Virus record (IMG/VR): IMGVR_UViG_3300045988_068238
Length of the DNA: 42,089 nucleotides
DNA from: a virus
Direction: 5' to 3' (one strand)
Of this stretch, positions 8,283 to 15,738 are shown piece after piece; position 1 is the first letter of the stretch, and each line of letters starts with the position of its first letter. Under the pieces are notes generated by a model. The model ran no database searches and was not told where the DNA came from. It was given only the letters and a program-made list of their open reading frames with translations. Both the position numbers and the translations under genes were made by a program.

Positions 8283-8584
8283 CCTTTCGACATAAGATGA
8301 ATATCTTTGTCTACACGTTTTCTTGTGTCGGCAGCATCCAGCTTGCAATTCCCCATGATTTCATGTACGGCATCATGTAGAATGGACAGCCTTTGTGCAT
8401 CTTCTTCGACGGAAATAGACTTGATATATTCAACAATCAGCTTCGCGTCATTAAGTGTCCAATGCGGAATTCATCCATTGCCAAACAGCCGCTTCCCAAT
8501 GGCATTAACCGTTGCCGGTGAAAGCCCAAGCTCGTAAGCGATTTCTGCGTTTGTATAAATAACTTCACCTTTTGCGTTAATCAT
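8279..8584 (-). CDS. Small HTH protein ORF interrupted by an in-frame TGA (37 aa, TGA at 8471-8473, then 63 more codons)
   Basis: MINAKGEVIYTNAEIAYELGLSPATVNAIGKRLFGNG-TGA-IPHWTLNDAKLIVEYIKSISVEEDAQRLSILHDAVHEIMGNCKLDAADTRKRVDKDIHLMSKG. The downstream part has no ATG/GTG/TTG for 38 codons and ends in an ATGA overlap with the next gene. Confidence 0.5.
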
Positions 8585-8843
8585 TTTCTTTCCTTTCTCC
8601 GTAGCTACAAAAGTCATTGGCATCCGGTGTTTCTCCGTGCCCCCATCGGCATTCTTCGTGCGGATAGCCATCGTTATTGTCCTGCCAATACTTGCAGTCC
8701 TTGCACCGCACCACCGGCGCAACGTCGGCTGTTGGCATATCCGCAAGCAGCCGCTTCGCGTCTGTCATTGTGGCGCTTGGCGCTGTAACCTCCAATGCGG
8801 TAAGTTTGGCAATCGCCGTTCCGCGCTCAATGTACTCAGTCAT
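8577..8843 (-). CDS. Hypothetical Cys-containing phage protein (88 aa)
   Basis: ATG start overlapping the upstream stop. CKDCKYW...EECRW...FCSYGE motif. Confidence 0.6.
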   Translation of the reverse strand: MTEYIERGTAIAKLTALEVTAPSATMTDAKRLLADMPTADVAPVVRCKDCKYWQDNNDGYPHEECRWGHGETPDANDFCSYGERKEND

Positions 8844-9063
8844 CTTTCACCTCCATGTAGGCCGCTTGAAGCAGTCCGTCCAAGTCAGTGTCGTTGCTGT
8901 CACCCAGATAGTTCCCGGCAGCATCGTAATAGCTGTAGGCCGTATATGGCCGCGCTACGATTCCCGTGTGTTTCTGCAAGCAGGCATTGAACTCCTGACG
9001 ATCTCCAAAGAACACAGTGCTTTCAATATCGTTGTACTGTGCCCGCGTGATATATTCAGCCAT
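8836..9063 (-). CDS. Hypothetical protein (75 aa)
   Basis: ATG with RBS GGAACAGGAGGG upstream. Confidence 0.6.
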   Translation of the reverse strand: MAEYITRAQYNDIESTVFFGDRQEFNACLQKHTGIVARPYTAYSYYDAAGNYLGDSNDTDLDGLLQAAYMEVKDD

Positions 9064-9123
9064 TCTCGGCCCTCCTGTTCCATGTTTCGATTGCTGATAG
9101 GTGGTCGGACAGTCTCTATTCGA

Positions 9124-9210
9124 TCAGCACACCCGAAAGCAGCAACCGCTTCTCTGCACAACGCCCTTGTCTCCGCAAAACGGGCACGGTTTGAGTTCGT
9201 ACTTAGCCAT
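9124..9210 (-). CDS. Truncated Lar-like zinc-ribbon ORF (28 aa)
   Basis: MAKYELKPCPFCGDKGVVQRSGCCFRVC. LKPCPFCG matches the start of the Lar restriction-alleviation family. Ends at a TGA that is in frame with the next gene (60 nt gap). Confidence 0.35.
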   Translation of the reverse strand: MAKYELKPCPFCGDKGVVQRSGCCFRVC

Positions 9211-9337
9211 TGTCAGCACCTTCCTTCCCGCAGGCTGGTTGATAGCAGTTAAACAGCACGTCATCAGTGTCACACGCGCAGCATGGTTTCCCGTCTGATG
9301 CGCTCGGCGGGTAAAATACGCAAGTATCACAAAGCAT
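9203..9337 (-). CDS. Cys-rich small protein (44 aa), below the ORF-track threshold
   Basis: MLCDTCVFYPPSASDGKPCCACDTDDVLFNCYQPACGKEGADNG. RBS AAGGGGG plus 8 nt. Stop overlaps the next ATG (ATGGCTAA). Confidence 0.5.
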   Translation of the reverse strand: MLCDTCVFYPPSASDGKPCCACDTDDVLFNCYQPACGKEGADNG

Positions 9338-9350
9338 TATTTTCGCCCCC

Positions 9351-9506
9351 TTACGCCACGCCGAACAATTTGAACACCAGCCACAGCACGAAGCTCAAAA
9401 TCCAGCCAGCGGCGAAAAGAAGCAGCGCACGCGCGGTGTTATAAACAATGAACGCCGCGCCCTTATCAAATTTTTTCTTGGTTTCTGCATCGCCAAAAAT
9501 TTTCAT
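9351..9506 (-). CDS. Small membrane protein (51 aa), below the ORF-track threshold
   Basis: MKIFGDAETKKKFDKGAAFIVYNTARALLLFAAGWILSFVLWLVFKLFGVA. One hydrophobic helix. RBS AAAGGAA. Starts 1 nt after the upstream stop. Confidence 0.5.
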   Translation of the reverse strand: MKIFGDAETKKKFDKGAAFIVYNTARALLLFAAGWILSFVLWLVFKLFGVA

Positions 9507-9507
9507 A

Positions 9508-10053
9508 TTAGTTCCTTTCTTTGTCCGTCAAAAGCGACTGTACGCTATTTGGTGCCATGCCGTCAGATAGCTGCTGGATGATCTGCTGAAGCGGCAGCGA
9601 AAGCACCTGCGCTTCCTGTTCACGCTTTGCCACGATTTCGTAGCACTGGCGAAAATTTGCCCGGTCTGCCGTTGGGTTCTCCGACAGGCACAAATTCGTA
9701 AAGCCAAGGCGTTCAACCGTTTTCCGTGTCAACGGGCTAAGTGACGCAAGCGCTTCTTTCGGCCTGTAATAGCCGTATCTGCTGATTGCTTTGCAGGTTT
9801 CTTCCCACGCTTCGCCCCAATCCGGGAGCTTGCCGTTTTGGATTTCTGCGGCAAGCTCTCTGATCTCGGCAATGGAAGGTGACCATTTATTTGTGGCCAC
9901 CCATTTATTCAGCGTAGCTTCAGCAACGGGGTAGGGGATATCCATAAGCTGCCGAAACCACAATTCCATTGCTTGACTGTTTGGCAAAAGGTTTTCTTTG
10001 CTGTAATAGGTGCGCAAGGCAGACGCGAACAGGGCAAATTCTTTTTTGTCCAT
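9508..10053 (-). CDS. Replicative helicase loader/inhibitor (SPP1 G39P-like)
   Basis: N-terminal FALFASALRTYYSKENLLPNSQAMELWFRQLMDIPYPVAEATLNKWV resembles the G39P family. TAATG overlap with the replisome organizer gene. Confidence 0.6.
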   Translation of the reverse strand: MDKKEFALFASALRTYYSKENLLPNSQAMELWFRQLMDIPYPVAEATLNKWVATNKWSPSIAEIRELAAEIQNGKLPDWGEAWEETCKAISRYGYYRPKEALASLSPLTRKTVERLGFTNLCLSENPTADRANFRQCYEIVAKREQEAQVLSLPLQQIIQQLSDGMAPNSVQSLLTDKERN

Positions 10054-10901
10054 TATGTTTCACTCCAATTCTCTGCCATAGTGTAAAAGTCGTTCAGTTC
10101 TTCGGCCTTTGTCTGCCGATGATAGCCACCGGAAGCCGGTTTCCGCTGGCTCTGCTGAAGCCGATCAAAAATAATGCCTTTCCAGTTGTTTGCCATGCAT
10201 TCATCAATCAGGCTGCAAACAGCATCATCGCCGTATTGAATGGCCTTGTTTTCAACCTGCCGCAAAAGGGATTTCATACCCTGTTCTTTGTAAGGCTCTT
10301 TGCGCTCGGTCTTATACTTGACCCATTCGCCCATTTTGGCCTGAAGCGAATCAGAAAGAAGATAGTCGGGAAGAAGCCGCGCGAAAAGTGTGTGTGTGGT
10401 TTCTCTTACGCTCTTATTCTCTTTCTCCTTCTTATTCTTATCTTCTTCTATATCTTCTTCTGGGCGGCTAACATTAGCCTTACCGTTAGCCTTACCGTTA
10501 GCATTACAAGAAAGAAGCTTTTGCCTTTCCCGGTATTGCCGCATATATTCTCGCTGGCTTACCCTTTTCTTCTCAAGCTGGTCAAGGTTTTGGTGCTTGC
10601 CCCAATTGGGGATAGTAATTACACCGTCAATAATTTCAACCATGCCGAAGTTTTCGAAGGTCTGAAGCGCAAGCTGCACCGTGCTTTCCTTTCGCCGGAA
10701 GATAGTAGCAAGCATTTTATCCGTGTATGGAATTTTGTCATTCATCATGAACACGCCGCTATTATTCATTTTCCCGGCAAGGCAAAGCAGCTTGAACCAG
10801 ATCACGATTATGGAATCCGCTTCGGGCAAACTTTCAATCAGCAGGATTTTTTCATCGTCGAAAATGTCCGTGGTGATCTTAATCCACTTAACATCAGCCA
10901 T
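10053..10901 (-). CDS. Phage replisome organizer (N-terminal domain) / DnaD-like protein
   Basis: VKWIKITTDIFDDEKILLIESLPEADSIIVIWFKLLCLAGKMNNSG is the replisome-organizer signature. Start set to ATG 10901 (AGGTGA plus 6 nt). Contains a short NGKANGKAN tandem repeat. Confidence 0.75.
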   Translation of the reverse strand: MADVKWIKITTDIFDDEKILLIESLPEADSIIVIWFKLLCLAGKMNNSGVFMMNDKIPYTDKMLATIFRRKESTVQLALQTFENFGMVEIIDGVITIPNWGKHQNLDQLEKKRVSQREYMRQYRERQKLLSCNANGKANGKANVSRPEEDIEEDKNKKEKENKSVRETTHTLFARLLPDYLLSDSLQAKMGEWVKYKTERKEPYKEQGMKSLLRQVENKAIQYGDDAVCSLIDECMANNWKGIIFDRLQQSQRKPASGGYHRQTKAEELNDFYTMAENWSET

Positions 10902-11121
10902 CTGCATCACCTGCTGCGACAATTGAATACTGTGCGTAGCTGGTAGGTTCGCCATAGCGATTTTTGCCGCTGACCATTTCCTTCTTGATTGGAAAGCCCA
11001 GCTTTTTCAGATCGCTGATACGGGATGCAAGGCGCATGATTCCGTATTCGGTCATGGCTTCTGCCGATGTGATACTGCCATAGTCTTTCATATGCCGCAG
11101 CACACGTTCACACTGTGTCAT
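10894..11121 (-). CDS. Winged-helix/HTH DNA-binding protein (75 aa)
   Basis: CERVLRHMKDYGSITSAEAMTEYGIMRLASRISDLKKLGFPI is an HTH pattern common in phage early regions. Confidence 0.6.
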   Translation of the reverse strand: MTQCERVLRHMKDYGSITSAEAMTEYGIMRLASRISDLKKLGFPIKKEMVSGKNRYGEPTSYAQYSIVAAGDADG

Positions 11122-11485
11122 CTGCATCACCTTTCAATTCCAATAATTTGTTGAGATACCAGATAGCCTTTTTAACGTCCTCTGCACCGTTTTTATACTC
11201 ACAGCGCCAGATGTACTTAAACGCTGCAATCTTGCAGTACACGGCAAGCTGGGCGGCACCAAAGGCCGATTTCATTGCGTCAATGCATTCAATCCCCCCC
11301 TGCGTGTAATGGGATGGATGATTGATAACATCGTTTTCGGTTTCCGGTTCTGGGTTGGTTGCCGGTTCAAACATATCCGGTCGCGCGTTGTATTCTTCCG
11401 AATCGGTTACGGCCGTGTTTTTGCATTCGCGGCAAGGATAATCACTGAACGCAAGCGCAGCATACTTACACAGTCCGCATTCCAT
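11108..11485 (-). CDS. DUF3310-family protein with N-terminal Cys cluster
   Basis: INHPSHYTQGGIECIDAMKSAFG...AAFKYIWRCEYKNGAEDVKKAIWYLNKLLEL is the DUF3310 core. TGATG overlap with the upstream gene. Confidence 0.7.
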   Translation of the reverse strand: MECGLCKYAALAFSDYPCRECKNTAVTDSEEYNARPDMFEPATNPEPETENDVINHPSHYTQGGIECIDAMKSAFGAAQLAVYCKIAAFKYIWRCEYKNGAEDVKKAIWYLNKLLELKGDADDTV

Positions 11486-12117
11486 CACAGCACCGCCTTT
11501 CCTGTAATTCCTGTGATAAGATCAGAATACGGAAGCGATTCAATCCAATCACAAAAATCGTGCCATTCATCAAGCTTGTGGTTGCGCCGGGCGTGGTAGA
11601 TGTTTTGCAGCACAGCATAGTTCAAATCCCACGTCCGAAGCTGGTTGTAACTGGACGGAAGAAGCTGAATCATCTGCCACCACCAGCTTTTATTTTTGTC
11701 TTTCAAGAACAGTTCGCGATTGCAATTCAGCAGATCAATAAGCTTCAAAAGACAATCTGTCGATTCATCGTTCAGGTGCTCGTGCGAAAAATCGTCAAGC
11801 GTGAATTCCTTCGCGTGAATCTTGTGCATCGTGCTGCACGAATCTGTAACTGTCCCAACTTTGTACTGGTCTGCTTCTTTCCACCAGTACAGCGGGGCTG
11901 TAACGTCACACTGCACGTGAATCATCCGCATGAACTTCCCGTGATCGGTTCCGGCAGACGCAAGCCTGTACATCAAATCATAATCGTTATTGCCAACGAC
12001 GAAACAATTTCCATTAACGACCGCGCTGTCAATTTGCGCCCATGAATTTTTGGGATTTCGCATTCCGCGAATCGCCGCTTTCCATCCGCTGGTGGAAATA
12101 TTTTCGATTTTCAGCAT
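11485..12117 (-). CDS. Divergent ThyX (Thy1)-like fold protein lacking the RHR signature
   Basis: HGKFMRMIHVQCDVTAPLYWWKEADQYKVGTVTDSCS parallels ThyX H..pfEhi.f.f.v.AP.fv.rq..RHR.as, but RHR is replaced by QYK. LLPSSYNQLRTW..N...L.NIYHARRNHKLDEW matches the distal ThyX region. Confidence 0.5.
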   Translation of the reverse strand: MLKIENISTSGWKAAIRGMRNPKNSWAQIDSAVVNGNCFVVGNNDYDLMYRLASAGTDHGKFMRMIHVQCDVTAPLYWWKEADQYKVGTVTDSCSTMHKIHAKEFTLDDFSHEHLNDESTDCLLKLIDLLNCNRELFLKDKNKSWWWQMIQLLPSSYNQLRTWDLNYAVLQNIYHARRNHKLDEWHDFCDWIESLPYSDLITGITGKAVL

Positions 12118-12452
12118 CAGATATCACCTACTTCCCGGTGCTGCGAACGGTCGGAATCGAATCCCCAAGGGTAACGCTTCCGCAGCTTTTCAACGTTCAT
12201 CTGCATGACGGTTTCCAGATCAATGCCGATAGCTGTTGCAGTCTCGGCGATGTACCAGCACACATCACCCAATTCCTTTGCAACGTGCTCCAAATCCAAA
12301 ACGTGGCCTTGCATGAAGTTCTTTTTCACAAGGTCTGCGATTTCGCCGGATTCACCGGCAAGCCCCAAGGCTCCATTAAGTAGCCTATAATCTGGGGACA
12401 GGTCTTTATTGCTTGTCCGCATGGCAAGCTGCTGATATTCATTGATTGTCAT
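12117..12452 (-). CDS. mazG: MazG-like nucleoside triphosphate pyrophosphohydrolase
   Basis: INEYQQLAMRT...LLNGALGLAGESGEIADLVKK...ELGDVCWYIAETA is the classic MazG EXXE motif set. Confidence 0.85.
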   Translation of the reverse strand: MTINEYQQLAMRTSNKDLSPDYRLLNGALGLAGESGEIADLVKKNFMQGHVLDLEHVAKELGDVCWYIAETATAIGIDLETVMQMNVEKLRKRYPWGFDSDRSQHREVGDI

Positions 12453-12470
12453 TTTTGCTTTCCTTTCAAA

Positions 12471-12872
12471 CTATGAAATTTCCCGAATTTCTACGCTGAT
12501 GTAATCCCCATCGTGGAAGTAGTGGCAAACGCCTTTCACCCATCTTCGGCTGTCATCTTCAATGACACGGCCTTTCATTGCGTCCACAATCATCTTTCCC
12601 ATGATTGCGTGATTGTCGATGTCAAGCCGGTCGTTCCAATGAAAGGTAATGACAACAGGCCGCTTGAATGGTACGCGCCGGACATCCTGACTGTTCATGC
12701 AGGAGCGAACCATCATATGCCAGAATTCAGCATCGCGCTTTCTTTTTGACCAGTGCTTCCCGGCGTAATAGGCGTTCATGCCGTATTCTTTCGACCACTG
12801 CTTTTGACCTGCCTTGCTTTTCGGGTACGGAATCTTGAATTTTTCGATTAGATATTTGCCCAAAATGCCCAC
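12471..12872 (-). CDS. rusA: RusA-family Holliday junction resolvase
   Basis: DIDNHAIMGKMIVDAMKGRVIEDDSRRWV matches the D.DN...K...D.L......DD pattern. The start is uncertain: GTG 12872 or in-frame TTG 12863. Confidence 0.75.
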   Translation of the reverse strand: MGILGKYLIEKFKIPYPKSKAGQKQWSKEYGMNAYYAGKHWSKRKRDAEFWHMMVRSCMNSQDVRRVPFKRPVVITFHWNDRLDIDNHAIMGKMIVDAMKGRVIEDDSRRWVKGVCHYFHDGDYISVEIREIS

Positions 12873-12875
12873 CCC

Positions 12876-13268
12876 TTAGAACGGAAGATCGCCGTCATCG
12901 TCCATGTCTGTGAACGCCTGACCTGCGTTGCTGTTTGCTGTCGCAGCCTGTCCGCTTGACCTGCTTTCACAGAATTCATGGCGGTCAACAACGATGTCCG
13001 TTGTGTAGTGTTTCACGCCGTCTTTTTCATAGCTGCCGGTCTGAATTCTTCCTTCAACGGCAATCTTTGTGCCTTTGCGAAGATAGTTCCCGGCAAATTC
13101 CCCGGTCTTGCCCCAAGCAACGCAGTTGATGAAGTCTGCTTCCTGCTGACCATCCTGCTTGAACGGCCGATCAACAGCCAAGCGATAGGAAGCGACTGCC
13201 TTGCCGGACTGCGTATATCTGATTTCTGGGTCAGCAACCAAGCGTCCGATTAGTATGACTTTATTCAT
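12876..13268 (-). CDS. ssb: Single-stranded DNA-binding protein
   Basis: MNKVILIGRLVADPEIRYTQSGKAVASYRLAV OB-fold start, with an acidic DDDGDLPF tail. Confidence 0.95.
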   Translation of the reverse strand: MNKVILIGRLVADPEIRYTQSGKAVASYRLAVDRPFKQDGQQEADFINCVAWGKTGEFAGNYLRKGTKIAVEGRIQTGSYEKDGVKHYTTDIVVDRHEFCESRSSGQAATANSNAGQAFTDMDDDGDLPF

Positions 13269-13274
13269 TGACCA

Positions 13275-14207
13275 TCACCCCCCGAACAAAGCAGACTGAA
13301 TATCTTCTGCCGGTGCTTCCTGCGCAGGTTCGGACACCGGTTCCATGTCGATAACATCCGGGTCATTGTCAACATAGTCCTTCGTGCCGTCATCGTTGAT
13401 AACCGCCATATCAGCATCGATGGCAGAAGCCATGTCGATAGACATGATGCCCCACTTACTGATAAGCTGACGCAGCATCGTTTTGTATGCCATGCCGTCA
13501 AAGTCTTTGTACCAGAACGATGAATACATCCATGCGTCTTTCGGGTCAAAGTTACCGGCAACATAGTCAGAATATGAAACCTTGGTTTTTTCACCGTATC
13601 TTGTCTTGACCGTGCCGCCGTTGGCCGAAAACGCCTGACTGTACTTATCAGCATGGGCAAGCATCTTCTTCTTGCTCCAATAGATGGCCTTGCGAAAACC
13701 GTTGGTATACTCAAACATGGCATAGTAGCCGATTGCTTCAGCTGCTTCCCTTGCTTCTTCGTCCTCAATCAGCCTGACTTCGATTTCCTCGTTCAGCGGG
13801 TCAAATTTGATAAGTTCGCCGTCCTTGATAGCAAGGACATTCAGCTTCTTGTACTGGCCAGAGCGGATAGCAAGCTGAATATAGCCCTTATAGCCAAGCT
13901 GGAACTGCGCCACTTTGCCGCGCTCCCTGTCGTTGAACGGAACCATGTAATACTGTCCAAGCTGCGGGGAAGGGGAAAGCTTCAGGCTTTCGCCCAGCAG
14001 CGCAGCGGAAAGGATGCTCTGATTTGTGCATTCCTGAAGTCCGGGGTTCGTCTGAACCGCAGACACAACAGCGGAAATGAAGCGCTGGCCGTCCTTGCCG
14101 CCAATGACCTGATTGATACGCTGCTTGACTGCATCTCCGGTGAGATAGGAGCCGATGCCAAGCCTTTTCTGTGACTTCTGAAGTGAATTATTGACTGCCA
14201 TTTTCAT
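13275..14207 (-). CDS. recT: RecT-family single-strand annealing recombinase
   Basis: NPGLQECTNQSILSAALLGESLKLSPSPQLGQYYMVPF...FQLGYKGYIQLAIRSGQYK is the RecT core. Confidence 0.9.
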   Translation of the reverse strand: MKMAVNNSLQKSQKRLGIGSYLTGDAVKQRINQVIGGKDGQRFISAVVSAVQTNPGLQECTNQSILSAALLGESLKLSPSPQLGQYYMVPFNDRERGKVAQFQLGYKGYIQLAIRSGQYKKLNVLAIKDGELIKFDPLNEEIEVRLIEDEEAREAAEAIGYYAMFEYTNGFRKAIYWSKKKMLAHADKYSQAFSANGGTVKTRYGEKTKVSYSDYVAGNFDPKDAWMYSSFWYKDFDGMAYKTMLRQLISKWGIMSIDMASAIDADMAVINDDGTKDYVDNDPDVIDMEPVSEPAQEAPAEDIQSALFGG

Positions 14208-14217
14208 TCATCCTTTC

Positions 14218-15060
14218 TTAAATCGCCTTGTATTTGATGCCGTTACCTCTAAGCCATGCGCCCAGCGCCCTTGCTTCGTCTGCGGAAAGAAGCGCCTGAA
14301 AACCAATCCATTGACGGGAAGGTTCGTGCTGCACCGCTCTTTCAAATGCCTGTCTTTCAGTGCTTTCAATCGCCTTTCCGATGTCCGTTTTTGGCTCGGT
14401 TGCTTCTTCCTTGCGTCTCTGCTGCTCCGCTTCCCATGCAGCCCTTTTCTCAGCCTGTTCCTGAAGCCTGTGGGCTTCGCTGACAGCTTTCGCAAGGTCA
14501 AGGGTATCAACGTAGTATTCACGCGCTTCAAAGGCGAAGGACGGCAAAGAATCAATTACATCAAGGTCTTTTGCGATCTGTTCAAGCTTGCCGTCAATTG
14601 CTCCCTGAATAGACTTCATAGAAACAGAAGCGTTCAGCCACTTGTCATCAAGAATCTGTTTGAAAGAAACAGTTTCCGGAACCTTGTTGTCCGCAAGAAC
14701 GGAATGCCAGTATTCTTCAATGGCTTTCAGCTTTTCGGCTTTCTGCTGTTCCTCGAATTCTTTGACCTGCTTGTCCACGACAGATACCGATTTGTCGATG
14801 ATCTTGACAAGCTCGCCAACCTGTGCCTTGAAGGTGTTGAACGGCTGCATATAATCTTTTTCCTGCCGGATGCGTTCATCGTTCAAAGCTTTCTTCAGCC
14901 GATTCAGTGCCGCCCTGTCTGCCTTGGCTTCCTTCACCTGATCTTCCGTGTAGACCATAGTTTCATAGACAGACACCTTTGAAAGCAGCTCTGCCCGAAG
15001 CTCTTCATAGTTGAAGGTAATCGGCGCCGGAAGCGCCACTTCGTTGATTTTAAGTTCCAT
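14218..15060 (-). CDS. DUF1351-family phage protein (accessory to RecT modules)
   Basis: ELKINEVALPAPITFNYEELRAELLSKVSVYETMVYTEDQVKEAKADRAALNRLKKALNDERI is a typical DUF1351 N-terminus. Lies between the exonuclease and RecT genes. Confidence 0.7.
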   Translation of the reverse strand: MELKINEVALPAPITFNYEELRAELLSKVSVYETMVYTEDQVKEAKADRAALNRLKKALNDERIRQEKDYMQPFNTFKAQVGELVKIIDKSVSVVDKQVKEFEEQQKAEKLKAIEEYWHSVLADNKVPETVSFKQILDDKWLNASVSMKSIQGAIDGKLEQIAKDLDVIDSLPSFAFEAREYYVDTLDLAKAVSEAHRLQEQAEKRAAWEAEQQRRKEEATEPKTDIGKAIESTERQAFERAVQHEPSRQWIGFQALLSADEARALGAWLRGNGIKYKAI

Positions 15061-15078
15061 TTTTTCTAACTCCTTTTT

Positions 15079-15738
15079 TTAGATTTCCGGCAGAAGCAAT
15101 GCCGGTTTTTTGTTGTTTTTAACGCATTTCCAGAATTCCGCTTCTTTCCGCGCAAGATAATCAATATCTTCCTGCACTTCCGACCGCTCGATCTTGTAAT
15201 GCTTTGTGTGTAGCAGGATTTCGCCGCCAAAGTCGAACTTTAGCTGTGCTTTCAAGACAGCAAAGTCAAATTCCGTTACCATCAGGTAATGCAAAACCTG
15301 AATGTAGTAATTGTCCGGAATCCGGTGATTCCATTTTTCCTTCTGCATACTCTGAAGGATGTTCGTTGTCTTGATTTCAAGAATGCCTTGTCTGCCGTCC
15401 TGATCTGTCAGCCATCCGTCAAGTGAAGCATGGGCAAAAGGGTATTTGTCATTCAGCCACAAATTGTTTTCTATGTAGTCAACCTGATATTCTGGGAAAT
15501 CCAACCGGAACAGCCCACGCAGGTGCATTTCAGCTTGTGTGCCGTACTTGACATATGGCTTATCGCTGATATCTTCCGGCTGCACAAGACCGGTCTTTTC
15601 CTGCCACAGCTCCAAGTTCGTTTTGTATGGATTCAGGCCGATAACGGCTGAAGCGTCAGAACCGCCGATATAATGCGACCGGACTTCAAGCCATTCTTCC
15701 CGGCTGGACAAGGTTTTCATTTCTATCAAGGATGTCAT
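15079..15738 (-). CDS. YqaJ-like (lambda Exo-type) recombination exonuclease
   Basis: REEWLEVRSHYIGGSDASAVIGLNPYKTNLELWQEKTG is the YqaJ signature. Start at ATG 15738 (the ORF-track start 15741 is GTG). Confidence 0.85.
   Translation of the reverse strand: MTSLIEMKTLSSREEWLEVRSHYIGGSDASAVIGLNPYKTNLELWQEKTGLVQPEDISDKPYVKYGTQAEMHLRGLFRLDFPEYQVDYIENNLWLNDKYPFAHASLDGWLTDQDGRQGILEIKTTNILQSMQKEKWNHRIPDNYYIQVLHYLMVTEFDFAVLKAQLKFDFGGEILLHTKHYKIERSEVQEDIDYLARKEAEFWKCVKNNKKPALLLPEI

Noticed and set aside
5237-8473. Global reassignment of TGA (genetic code 4/25) as an explanation for the in-frame TGAs
   Set aside because: terS and terL, together with several structural genes, end at TGA in ATGA/TGATG overlaps with the next start. 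TGA therefore functions as a normal stop in this genome.
13265-13768. 167-aa minus-strand ORF overlapping recT, and similar alternate-frame ORFs (14208-14555, 17058-17300, 27642-27887, 36240-36653, 38539-38874)
   Set aside because: They are out-of-frame overlaps with confidently identified genes. Their low-complexity Arg/Ser/Cys-rich translations have no start context.
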